Shown here: in pieces, positions 13,001-24,019 of the stretch
How positions within the stretch are numbered: the stretch's first letter is position 1
Layout of the letters: the number at the start of each line of letters is the position of its first letter
DNA from: Ascidiella aspersa
Taxonomy: Eukaryota
DNA length: 64,000 nt
Direction of reading: 5' to 3'
Assembly (NCBI GenBank): GCA_963924565.1
Contig: OZ004611.1
Location: 19,592,001 to 19,656,000 of the forward strand
The notes under the pieces: model-generated
What the model was told of the DNA's origin: nothing
Seen by the model: only the letters and a program-made list of their open reading frames with translations
The model's database searches: none
Made by a program: the position numbers and the translations under genes

Positions 13001-16000
13001 GATGCATCCACCATCACTCCGACGAACAGCAGATCATTTAGACCGGTCAGTTTTCGCCCGAGCTGAGTTTGGCCATAACTTATGAATGTGCATGTGGGTT
13101 GTTTTAATGATAAGAGCCTTTAAGGATGTTGTGAGGTTTCGCTATGTCTTTTAAGCTTAACAAATAATTTTTGAGAAAAAAACGGTCATTAAATGAAAAG
13201 TGTGTCATTTCCCTGAAATAATGCAATTTTAAGTAACTCTATCTTAACATCTCCATAGCATTACCCTATGAAAAGGTATGCGTGGTACTTTAATGTGGGT
13301 TTTGTCACTTTTGAAAGTGACGAATTTAAAGATTTTCGACTTGTCAATACATATTTTGTCGGTAAAAAATACCCTGTTGTTTTCTCTGGAAGAAACTTTA
13401 AGTCTGTAAGACATTGGCGACCCGCTAAGCTTAACTTAATCCAAATGCCACACTCTGGAAAACAGCATTGCAGCGCTTTAGAGTCACAACTTCTATGTTT
13501 TTAGACTGAGTCGTCCAACCAAACGGAGAGCAGCATCTCGGCAGTGCGCGACGAACTGGACAGCCTTAAGTTCCAGCTGTCGAAAGGATTGGAGAACTTG
13601 GAAAGCCAGGGCGCGTCGTCGCACAATATGGAAGAGATGGCCGATTACTTCAGCAAGAGACTCGAAGAATGCCAGAAGCAGGTATGAACAATTAACTATA
13701 GCGTTGATGATAACTGCACAAGGCTCTATGTTGTATTTTCCCAGTTTTGTTACATTCCTTAATGAGATTTTCTTTTTGTCAAGATCTGTATTGTCAAAAA
13801 CTGTATTCAATTTTTTTTTTTTTTTTTATATCTGTCTCTGTTTGCACAACTTTTCCAGATTGTTCAACAGAATAGAGGTCATTAAAGGTGCCAAGATTTT
13901 AGTTCAAATAAATAGACTGCAAAGTTATAGGTACATTATTCGTGTTTTGAATCGTTTAAAGAATCGTTTCTGTTGTTTAGGTTTATAGCGCCGTCAATCA
14001 CGTTCAAGGCCAGGTTGGAGAAATGCGTCAGCAACAAGCACCTTCCGGAAGGGTAAGACAATTTGAATTTAAATAAACATTCTCCTGAAACAACCTAAAA
14101 TACTTGAAAATTTGGTTTGCACAAATTGACCACTACTTGTTCTATGAAAGGTGTTTCGTCTTAACACGTCGAAGTAGTATTTTTGGTCACAAGGTCCACT
14201 CATCGAGCGTTTATTTTTACCCTCTGCCGTCACTTAAATATCGGCGTGTCGCACGTTTCAGGGGCGTCGTGGAGGGGAGTGGGACGCCAGCCAGGAGGAA
14301 TACTACGACAGCAGCGACAGCGGTATCGGTCCGCGAAACTTGACCATCCGGCCGATGACCAGGGCGCACGCCGAAGCAGTTAACAACGCTTGTGAGTTTG
14401 TAATTTCTCCCTTGGTATTTGTGCCCGTCTTAAAAGTACTCTCGGCCCCGGCGATTTTAGTGCAGTTAGCATTTTACGCAGTTATGTGCAGTGGATTAAC
14501 TTTAAGTACGGTTCAGCGCACAACAACGTTCGTTGGCCAAAGTAGCAGTCATTTTATAACATAGTCATTAAATTTATTTAAATGTTGTTCAGAGAGATAT
14601 TCAGTATGTCACAATGAGTTAACGCAGTGGTTCCTAACCGGGATGCCGCGGCGCCCTGGTGTGCCATTTCTACAGCTCAAGGGTGCCGATAGATATTTGA
14701 GAATATTTAAAAACCTGATTTTTGCTCAATTGGTACAACTATTTGTTTACGATTAGAGACCATTATATCAGATGACATTTTCCAACATGTTTAAAGTTGA
14801 TTGTGTTTTGCCAGTTCCATTTATAGTGACATTTCAGTAAAATACTCAACAAAAATTCCAGTCGGGGTGCCGAAATTCTATTTGTTATTTTTTAGGGGTG
14901 CCGTAAGGTACAAAAGGTTACGAATCACTGAGTTAACGCATCATTTTCGCAATTCGACCTATTTGTGTTAATAATTCCTAACGCGCAAACCATTTTAACG
15001 ACCTTCAATCTTATCCAGCCATCGTCACACCATCGGCGCCTCCAGCTCCCAGAAGACGCCACGACCAGCGCTCGGATCGCCACGACTACAATCCTCCGAT
15101 GGCAATGCATCCCAACGAGGATCAGGAATCGTTCGCCAGGATGGACGGCATGATGCCGCAGGAAAAGATGGAGATGGCCGCTCCGCCTCCGGTGTACCGG
15201 GACGCGGTGCCGAGGAACAAGATGATGGCAGACGATCTCGGATCAGACGACGAAGAGTTTTGGGACGACTTTGAAGAGGTGAGAGTTATTTTGCGTCATT
15301 TAAATAGGGACTAGCGATTTGAATGCTTCTCGGGTATACGAGGAGTTTTGGGACGAATTTGATGAAGTGGGAGTTACATTGTGTCATTTATATAGTGGTT
15401 AGCGATTTGAATGCTCCTCGGCTACCAAAATTTCGAAAAATTGTTTACGGAGTATAACCTTTTTAGGTTTTGGTATCCAGACGGATCCAGTAAGTTCAAA
15501 AGAGGTGATAAACCTGATGCTAATTGTTAGGATTTGTAAACTAAAGTGGGCGATTTCTTAAGGAAACTTTAACATACGTCCATGAACTTGCCATATACAG
15601 ATCACAATGCAGTTTAATTTGCTGCATTAAAAAACTTATTGTTAACAAAAAGCTCAATCAAAACGTATATTCAAATACAAATGTTGGAAAACGGTCAACA
15701 AAAAACAAATAGCCACTGCGAGTATACAGTCGAAATTTGACAAGAAACAACGTATTACCTCTGTTAAAAACTTTCCTTCGACGTTTATCATATAGTCGAA
15801 GTTTTGCACGAGTTTTAACATCTTCGTGCTTTACGCAGTTTATCGACGACGACACCCCAGCTCCGGAAACCTCGATTCCTGTCCCCAAGATCACGCACAA
15901 GACCAACAACTATATGTACCAGGTGGTCTACGTGGTGTACATTATGTCGTTTCTCGCCTACGTCTACGTGCGAATCCAGTTTACGCTGGACGCGCCCGGA

Positions 16001-19000
16001 TTGAATCGGATCTATTGTATTGTTGTCGCCATCTTGGAAATCATCACCGCCCCATCGCTCATTCTCCAGGTAAAAATCTTTTATGAACCGTTTTTCTATT
16101 TTCTTCGTAATTATGATTTCAAAAAAAAATATTTGATTTTTTATATTTTTGCCGATCGCAACAGTTAATATTTATAGACCAAGTCGCCTTTAATTTTAGT
16201 ATAGTATATAATTTGTATATAGAGGCTGAAGCGTAAGTTAATCGGAGTTGTTTAGCAGAGATTAAACATAATTATCACCCACTTTGTATAAAGCATTTAC
16301 TCGTTATTTGTGCAATGCTGTTGTACAAGCCACGTTACGCCGCCCTTGTAACGCGTTAAATTTTCTTCAACATTGCATAACAAACTGGAAGTAGACGTGC
16401 CGAAATTATAGCGGCTGACATTTCGGCCAACTAATTGCGCTTCCATATAAGCGCCCCAGGCTACAAAACACGTATATGGGTTTTAGCTGTGACTCAGCTC
16501 TGTTTGGTTTATATCTTCGGATTACGAGATTTCCAAGTAAATGCTCCACTGGTGAACTTTAACCTGGCTTGTTTTTTATATTTTGACGGCGTGTTAGCAT
16601 TTATGAAAGGCCACATACTTGGGAGGATACCGAGCTATTAATTTGTAAAGCGATTCATGCAACTAAAAAAATGCAAACCTGTTAAAAGTTAATAAGAAAT
16701 ATAGTGAACTGTGAATAATTGCAAGCCTACAATTCCGATAAAAGGATTTTTTTCATAACAAATCTAAATTGTTAATTGAGCTTCTTACATAAACAGTTTC
16801 AACCTTAAAAATTCAACGTGTTATATTTAGAAGATGTGAGTGTTATTTAGTCTATAAATTTCCCGATATAGGACGTACAAATTGAAACATTTTGTTAACA
16901 GGGTTTGTGTCTGTGGCGTTGGATTTCACGTGACCCTCCCCCACAAGATGCATTCGAAAACCCCAAGTTCCATACCGCCCGTATCATGGTTCCAACTTAC
17001 AAGGTAATTGATCAAGCAATTGTACCCTGTTTTGAGAAAAAATACAGTTAAAATAACACCAGGAAACAAGTTTAAATCATGAGAAAATTTATTGTGTATG
17101 AAGGGGTCCTATACATAAAAAACTCCTATACATACAATAAAATGTAGAGGAAACTTTTTGTTTTTAACTTAGATCAATCTATAGGCTACAAAACAAAAGG
17201 GTAACGAGTAGAAATACTTTCTAGAATTTATACAGACATTTAATAAGTTTTGAATTCATGAAAAGAAAAATTGGCGAATCCAAATTCACTAACCGTTTTA
17301 AGTATCTAACAGTTTTTACAATCCATCCTAAGCTTTACGAATTGTTCTAAAACAGTTTTTACAATCTATCCTTACTAATTGTTCGTTTGAATACTTAAGT
17401 TTAATCGAACGGCCGCTTTTCGTTGTCGCTACGCAGGAACCGCTTGAAGTGGTAGCCGGAACAGTGCACGAGATTATTCACATGGATCTTCCTCCGTCTT
17501 TCCACGTTCACGTCTATGTGCTGGATGACGGAAGAAGAGAAATGCTTGAAAACTGGGTCCTCTCGAAACGAACAAAGAGGTGAGATTTGTTTGGTGATAG
17601 CACGTCATTTTAGAATACCATGTGTGTGCTTTTAATGCATGAAAATGTTTTATTTTACGAAAAAAAAAGTCTTCCGTGATGAAAATAGTTTCAAAGTGGT
17701 ATTGTTTTACTATATTTTATGTTTGTGAAATTTTTACACGTTGTTTTCAAATTTATATGTCTATAAGTCCAATGTTAGTCTTAAAACATATAAAAGTAAA
17801 TTTACAGAAATATATAAAGTAGCTCCCGTAGTAATCGATGGACAAGGTTTCGATAACTACGGTTTTTTCCATGTTTTAAATACAATAGATCAAAAAGTTT
17901 ACTTGGGAAACAGATTTGGTTCAAGAATTTAATTTATTTGAGGCAAATGTCGAACTTTTCATTTCTCCAAACTGAGTCAACTTGACAAATATGTGTGCTG
18001 CGTAATAAAATTACAGCAATGACAACTCTTCTGTTTTTTATCCAGATGCGTGTACCTGCATTACGTGGCCCGACCCAAACTGCCTGGTGTGCCTCACCAC
18101 GCTAAGGCCGGAAACATCAACCATACCCTACATTACATCTTCGACGACGCCTACCCCGAGCAAGAGTGCGTAATCATCTTCGATGCCGACTTTATGCCTA
18201 GGTAAATCACAATCAAACATCTCCACTAGACGGTATTCTATCTTTTTGACTGTCATTGTGGGGTGAGACTATTGGGTAATTTTGTTTAATATGCTGTGCA
18301 CGGGGATAGCGTTGGGTTAGAACGGCGATACTTAAAATACAGCAAGGTATATCCTATCTCATAATATATGAAGACGCTTTTTAGAGACAAAGTATGGCAA
18401 TTTTGTTGACCATATGTGACATCAATCTCCAATCATTTTCTAACGTTTTACTATCCATAAAAAAAAAGCATAAACTTCATTTTCGCCTTCACAGGAGAAA
18501 CTACCTGCTGCGTGTGTTGCCCGTGTTCTCGGAGAAGCGTACCCGGCCGCTGGCCCTCGTGCAAACGCCGCAGTTCTTCTACAACGTGAACCCGGAAGAA
18601 GATGTGTGGGACCACTTGAACGTCTCCTTCTTCCATCGTATCGAGCCGAGTCTGGATCGCTGGAGCGCCGTCAACTGTTGCGGAACCAACTTCGTGGTGC
18701 GCGCCGACGCCCTAAAGGACGTGGGCTACTTCCCGGTGGGCTGTCTCACCGAGGACACCCTACTATCCCTCAGGCTCTGTACCATGGGCTGGGGTGTGGC
18801 TTACCATCACGAAGTACTCGCCATTGGCCAATCGCCCCACGAGATCACCGAGATTTTCAAGCAGCGTTCTCGTTGGTGCAAAGGCAACTTGCAGATCTTC
18901 CTCGACGAATTCCCGCTCATGCAGTCCGGTCTGTCGCTGTCGCAGCGCATCTTCTACAGTTCGTGCGGCTTCAACTACTTCTGCGCTTCCATCTCGATTC

Positions 19001-22000
19001 CCTTCTTCCAATTGGTGCCGGCCTGGGCTATCTTCTTCGGTCTCTGGCCCGTGTCGGAAATTGGACTCGAGTTCGCGTTCGCCTTCTTCATCTACTACCT
19101 GTTGGGCAACGTTCTGTTGCTCTTCCCACCTCCCGGCTTCGGCATTCGTGACATGTGGAACGGTGAGCTGGCCTCCACCAACCTCTGGTTCACCTACTTC
19201 AATGGTGTGCGCCGTATCGTGGGAACGAAGCTGCTAAAAGGAAAAGGTAAGACAGCAAATTCCTATTACTACTGATTTGCAAATATGCCGAAGGAATAAA
19301 CTATGTACCCGTGTACGCTTTTCATATCCACAGTATGTCAGTTTGGTTAACGGCTGTAATAGAACGTGTTCTCAATGAGTTAGTATTGTAAATCTGTCTT
19401 AGGCTTATACTTTTTATATAATTAGTATAAGTCGCTTATTTTCTGGGCAAAAATGACTGGTCAAGTTAATAAGAATTGGTTTAGGAGGGCGTTTTTTTCA
19501 ATTACTGAAACTCCGTATATAATGTACAGTGCACATCATACATTGTTGATTTATCGTTAATTTGTGTCGGTTAAATTCGGTTAGAAACACAAATAAAATT
19601 AAAATTATTTCAGGCGAGCTGACATTCAAAACGACCAAGAAGAAGACAGACGAGGACGAAGAAGGTTCCAACGTTGGTTTTCAGAAAGAGGACGTGCGTG
19701 CCTGTTACATGCATTTCATTATGTTCTTCATCATGTTGGTCACCATTGTTTACGCCATCGTCCAAGGTGAGTAGCTGACATTATTTAATTCTGTTACCAT
19801 CGTTAAGGACAAGCATCCGAAATTGCTTAATTTTGCTGTTTTTGTTCGTCCGATAAGACATTTTTTACCTTTATTGCGAAACGAATGGCACCTAGTAGTA
19901 TATTGCGTGGAACAGCTTGTTTAATTTCTGTACTAAATCTGCTTTCAAATGAACAGTATTAAATTAGGTTAGTTTATTAGACGTGGTCACTACTTCTTGT
20001 CAGCACATCGAAGTGATTTCTAAATCTTGTATCCTTGAACTCTTAGTACCCTGAGACGCCTTGTTTTACCACTGATTTTTTTCACAGCCGCCATTGCCAA
20101 GGACGTGAAGTTCTACTTTTACTACATGTACATGATCGGTATGTCCTGGGCCCTGATCAACATGACCCCGTACCTGATCGTGGTAATCTACTGCTGGTAC
20201 CGGGTTCGAATCCCGGGCCTGATCGTCGCTTGCTTCAGAAACGTACAGCTGCTGCTGCGTCTGGTTTGCGCTGCCCTGATCATGGTACAGGCTTTCACCA
20301 CAAGAAACTTGACGGAAAACTTTATCTGCCCCCACGAATATACAGGAGTATTAGGTGAGGCCTATAACTACTAGGATACGTAGGATCAAATATGTAGAAC
20401 AATAAATAAAACGCAAGAGACAAGCACAGCAGAAACTTAATGTATGCGCACTTATACACCAAAAAGGTCGAGTATATCGACATCATCTTATTTAGGACGT
20501 TTCGATACGAACTTGTATCATTTTCAGTTAATGTCACATCTTAATCAGGAAGCTGTCGATCTACTCGACGTTTTTGGCTTTGCAATTCATTATCAAGCTA
20601 CATTACAGATCCGTACATATTGTTATCAAACTTATACACCAATTCTGAAAAGTCGAACTCAAATACTCATTGATTGGTACGTTTATAGGCTAAAAATAGT
20701 ATTTTAGCAAGATCTCTTTAACACTTTACTCCCTACAGGCTCAAGTCCTTTGGCTATGGTGAAGACAATGGACGCGGTTTCCAAGCTTCAAGTAAGCAGG
20801 AACTCTTTCTGGCTGCTGGGGCTTAAGGACGATTTCTACACGATGCAGCAAATCAAGAGGACCGCTTGCGAGAAGGACGAAGTGCCAATCATCGTATTTT
20901 TCATGCATCCCTCGCAAGGACTTGCCCTCGACTCAGAAGCTGGTCATTACATGCCCGAGCACAGAATTGGTGAGTGCAGTAGCTTACTTGTAACTTAAGT
21001 TACAGGACCGGTAAAAATCGCGACATATACTATAATATAACGAACTGGAGTTACTGCTGTGCATGCTACCTTAGTTAGAATGTAGGTCAGATTTTTTAGT
21101 ACTGTGGCCCAAACCGGTTAAACCGTTTTTTTAACTTACATCTTAATAGAGAAAAAAAAGAAACCTAATGTGAGGTATAAACTTTGCGTTTATCGGCATA
21201 TTGTGTATTTATACTGTATGCTCTGTAAGTAAATTTGCCATCGACAACGATTAAAATATACCAAAATATCCAGTTTCCCAAATAATTAAAATATTAAAAC
21301 AAAGTTTCTGTCAATTTTAAATCGAAAAGTTATCAGACCTACATTTTATGGATATATAAACACAAAAATTTACAAGTTTTGTGACATTTGACAGATACTT
21401 GGGAGGAATACGACAAAAAGATGTTGAACTACGCCGAGCATCTGTCGGACGTTCCTTCGTTAATTGTCATGGAACCGTCCTTGCTCATGCACACGTTTAA
21501 CTCAAAAACGGACTACCACAACACTGATTATCAGGTAACGGCTTATAGCCTGAATTCTGAAATTGAATAGTAACATGCTTTGTAAATTTGCTGCCAACAC
21601 AAGTACAAAAAATGTGTAAGCATATCACGTTAACAATGTTTAAATTGTATAATGGTACAGCATGTGGTACAAATCTAACAGCACTAGGAAGTTATACAAC
21701 TGATTAACAGTTCCCAAGCAAAATCATCTTAGAATATTAAAATCGCCAGAGTATGTTTTAGTATTTGTAATACATTCCCATAACGCAACTTTTTCAACAA
21801 TATATGAATGTCTTCCGCAGGTTGCCTTCTCGCAGCGCGTCGCCGACGTGGTGAACATGTTTCCAAAGTCGTGGGTTTACGTGGACGCTGGCAACGCCAT
21901 GTACCTACAGTGGCAGGTCAACCTGGACCACGTGATAGGCGTCATGAAGAGCATGCCGCCCGACATCCGCGGCTTCTCGATCAACGTCGGTTCGTTCGTG

Positions 22001-24019
22001 AACAGCACTTTCAATAAGAACCTGGCCGAGGAGATTCACTGTCAGACCGGGCTGCATTACATCATTGACACGTCGCGTAACGGCGGCAAGTTTTCGGAGA
22101 GGTGAGACCAGTGTTTGAGTAGCCGTTAAATTCTGTCGAGGCTACTTTCTTTAAAACGTGTATCGTTGTTCTTACACAAGGTTCTTTAACCATCCCAACC
22201 CTTAAAAGTGAGCTACCACTTTTTAATCGTTTTTTCACACAACGTTTTTATTTTAATGAAATCTATTTCGAGAATCCGATCTTGCGAACTATTTACGTTT
22301 TTTAGTTTATTTTATCATTAAACAGACAGGGTCGAGATAGAAATATATTGATAGGTTTTTGTATAGAAAATAAAATGTATATATTCATAGGTTTTTGTAT
22401 GGGCTTTAAATAAAAACCCTCAAACCCATTCTTATTCAGTGGGTCTCGGTATTGTAGGAAACAGAGAAAGGCTTAATACGGTGGCAGGAGCAAACAGTTA
22501 ATCGCGAATCATCTAACTCTAACGCCTTTTTCTAACCAATAATGCAAGTCAATGCGCTGAAACTGACAGCTCTCCTTGGTTGCTGCAGGTCCCTTGAACA
22601 GATCAACCTGTGCACCTACGACCCACCCTTTGTCATCAACGGCAGTCACCCGGCTTGGGAGGTCGGAGCGAACACCAAGACCCTGACAGCGCAGAGCATC
22701 TTAACGGGAGCCGGCGCCGTGAAACCAGTTGAAACTCCAACCGAAGGTATGCTTTTATTTGCTCACTCTTTTGTTTTACAGTCCAGTTTTTGCTAGAAAA
22801 AAAAAAAACGAAAATCTGATTTCGAAAGTTCTAACTTGTAAGACAGAAAATATTGAAATCGATTTTTGTAATAATAGCGGTTATGTTTGGGAATTTATAG
22901 CCCTATATTATACATATAACCCATTAGACATTATGCTGCTTGTAACGTTTTAAAGTAGCATGTCAGCTATTAACAAATCTGTTCCCGCCTCAAATTTCAG
23001 GCCGTACAAGAGTTTTAAAATATAACAGCTAGTATACTTCGCGCGTTTACAGGCTTGTTAAAAACCAAAAAACATTTTTTTATCCAATAGATCAAACCTC
23101 GGTACGTTAATGCCCACGTAAAGTTAAGCAAAAAGCAAACTTTTCTTTTTCGTCGTTGAAAACTAACACGAATTTTACGCGCAGCATCAAATGCCAGCGA
23201 AAGAGCGACTGAATAAATTTGCATTTTATTTCCAGCTGTCCCAGCGGCCAGGCGAAAGCGATGGGTTCTGCAAAGCGGCAACACAGGAAACGAGCCAGTG
23301 TTGGGAGAAGGTCCAGCAGCCGGCGCAGGTAAGCCACTAGAAACTCTGACTAAAATTCAAGTTCTGACTAAATTGGTTAAACTGCTAGCCAAAGGTTGTC
23401 GGACTTAAATGTCCCAACTACCTTTTTTGGTACGTATCTCTCTATACTTTCCAAATCGCAACTGGTTGTAGAGAAACGTTGATTTGATACTTCAATGAAG
23501 CCGTATTCGTACATTAGGTGTAACCTACAGTCATTTAATGAGATTTAAAAAGTGCAAACTTGTCACACGAAAAGTAGTGTACAAAGGGCCACCCCACAAC
23601 CGCGCGATTACACGTCGTAGTTTGTGGGAGAGTAATCAATCCCAAGCTTACAACTTTTGGGTTGATTAGCAACGAAACTAATACTAACGCTTTTCCCCAC
23701 AGTAAACACGGGCACCGGCGACAGTTTCTACTCGTACGGCGGCGCGGCCGGCACGGGCGTCAACACCGGCACCAACTACGACTACACTGCCGACGGCACC
23801 GCCACGTCAAGTGCGCTCTGCGTCACCACCGAGACGGACGGCCTGGACGCATACGCGTGGGTCAAGACGCCGGGCGAGTCGGACGGGCGCATGTTCACGT
23901 CCGGTACCTACCATCCATGCCTGATGAACCACTTCTCCGAGTGCAGCGAGACTTGCCCACAGTACGTGCCCAAGATATCCGGCGAGTTTCAGCGTTCCGA
24001 CACCTGTTCGTGCAGTTAG
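7036..24019 (+). CDS. CesA: Tunicate cellulose synthase (GT2 + C-terminal GH6 fusion), 27 coding exons, ~1546 aa
   Basis: Phase-consistent GT-AG exons: 7036-7062, 7355-7456, 8513-8574, 9110-9323, 10954-11047, 11408-11457, 11568-11636, 12000-12112, 12276-12345, 12869-13045, 13505-13681, 13981-14052, 14262-14391, 15019-15278, 15839-16069, 16902-17003, 17437-17579, 18046-18201, 18495-19246, 19614-19766, 20088-20354, 20739-20969, 21395-21534, 21821-22101, 22589-22746, 23236-23328, 23703-24019 (4641 nt, open to TAG). Cellulose synthase motifs: VPTYKEP, VLDDG, HAKAGN, FDADF, QTPQ, TED, QRSRW. GH6 motifs: YVDAGN, IRGFSINV, IIDTSRNG, DAYAWVKTPGESDG. The first exons are less certain than the core. Confidence 0.95.
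8060..8270. promoter_or_regulatory. GC-rich intronic candidate cis-element (AP-2 + CRE)
   Basis: TGACGTCA at 8112-8119, GCCCTCGGC at 8136-8144, CCAAT at about 8259, within CesA intron 2. Confidence 0.35.
12749..12826 (+). repeat. Two-copy ~39-bp tandem repeat
   Basis: CCAACGTGTATATAAG(C/T)GCAAAACGAGA occurs twice. Confidence 0.75.
14625..14930. mobile_element. hAT-type MITE in CesA intron 13
   Basis: CAGTGGTTCCTAACC...GGTTACGAATCACTG; 8-bp TSD AGTTAACG on both sides; GTGCCG subterminal motifs. Confidence 0.8.
15252..15422 (+). repeat. Tandem duplication of the CesA exon 14 3' end and donor region
   Basis: GAAGAGTTTTGGGACGACTTTGAAGAGGTGAGAGTT...TAGCGATTTGAATGCTTCTCGGG is repeated with divergence at 15340-15422. 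Confidence 0.8.
15839..20354 (+). other. CesA: CesA GT2 catalytic core plus transmembrane region (exons 15-21)
   Basis: D,D,D,QxxRW signature (LDDG, DAD, TED, QRSRW) spread over exons 17-19. Two hydrophobic helices precede the GT domain and about five follow it. Confidence 0.95.
20455..20620 (-). repeat. Family A hammerhead-type repeat (degenerate core) in CesA intron 21
   Basis: Minus strand ATTAA-CTGAAAA-TGATAC-AAGTTC-GTATC-GAAAC-GTC, followed by an inverted partial copy at 20563-20620. Confidence 0.6.
20739..24019 (+). other. CesA: CesA C-terminal GH6 cellulase-like domain (exons 22-27)
   Basis: VMEPS (canonical EPD), YVDAGN, RGFSINVGSF, YIIDTSRNG, WVKTPGESDG; Cys-rich C-terminus. Confidence 0.9.

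Noticed and set aside
14310-14335. DSGIGP as a beta-TrCP phosphodegron in CesA
   Set aside because: Lacks the second Ser of DSGxxS; too weak to claim.
18451-19237. Several long overlapping ORFs in other frames or on the other strand of CesA exon 19 (also 23662-24114)
   Set aside because: Shadow ORFs from high GC at third codon positions; the motif-bearing frame explains the region.
15839-24019. High GC3 in CesA exons as a relic of an actinobacterial donor
   Set aside because: Native NIPA and arrestin exons in the same window are also GC3-rich relative to introns, and the transfer is ancient.
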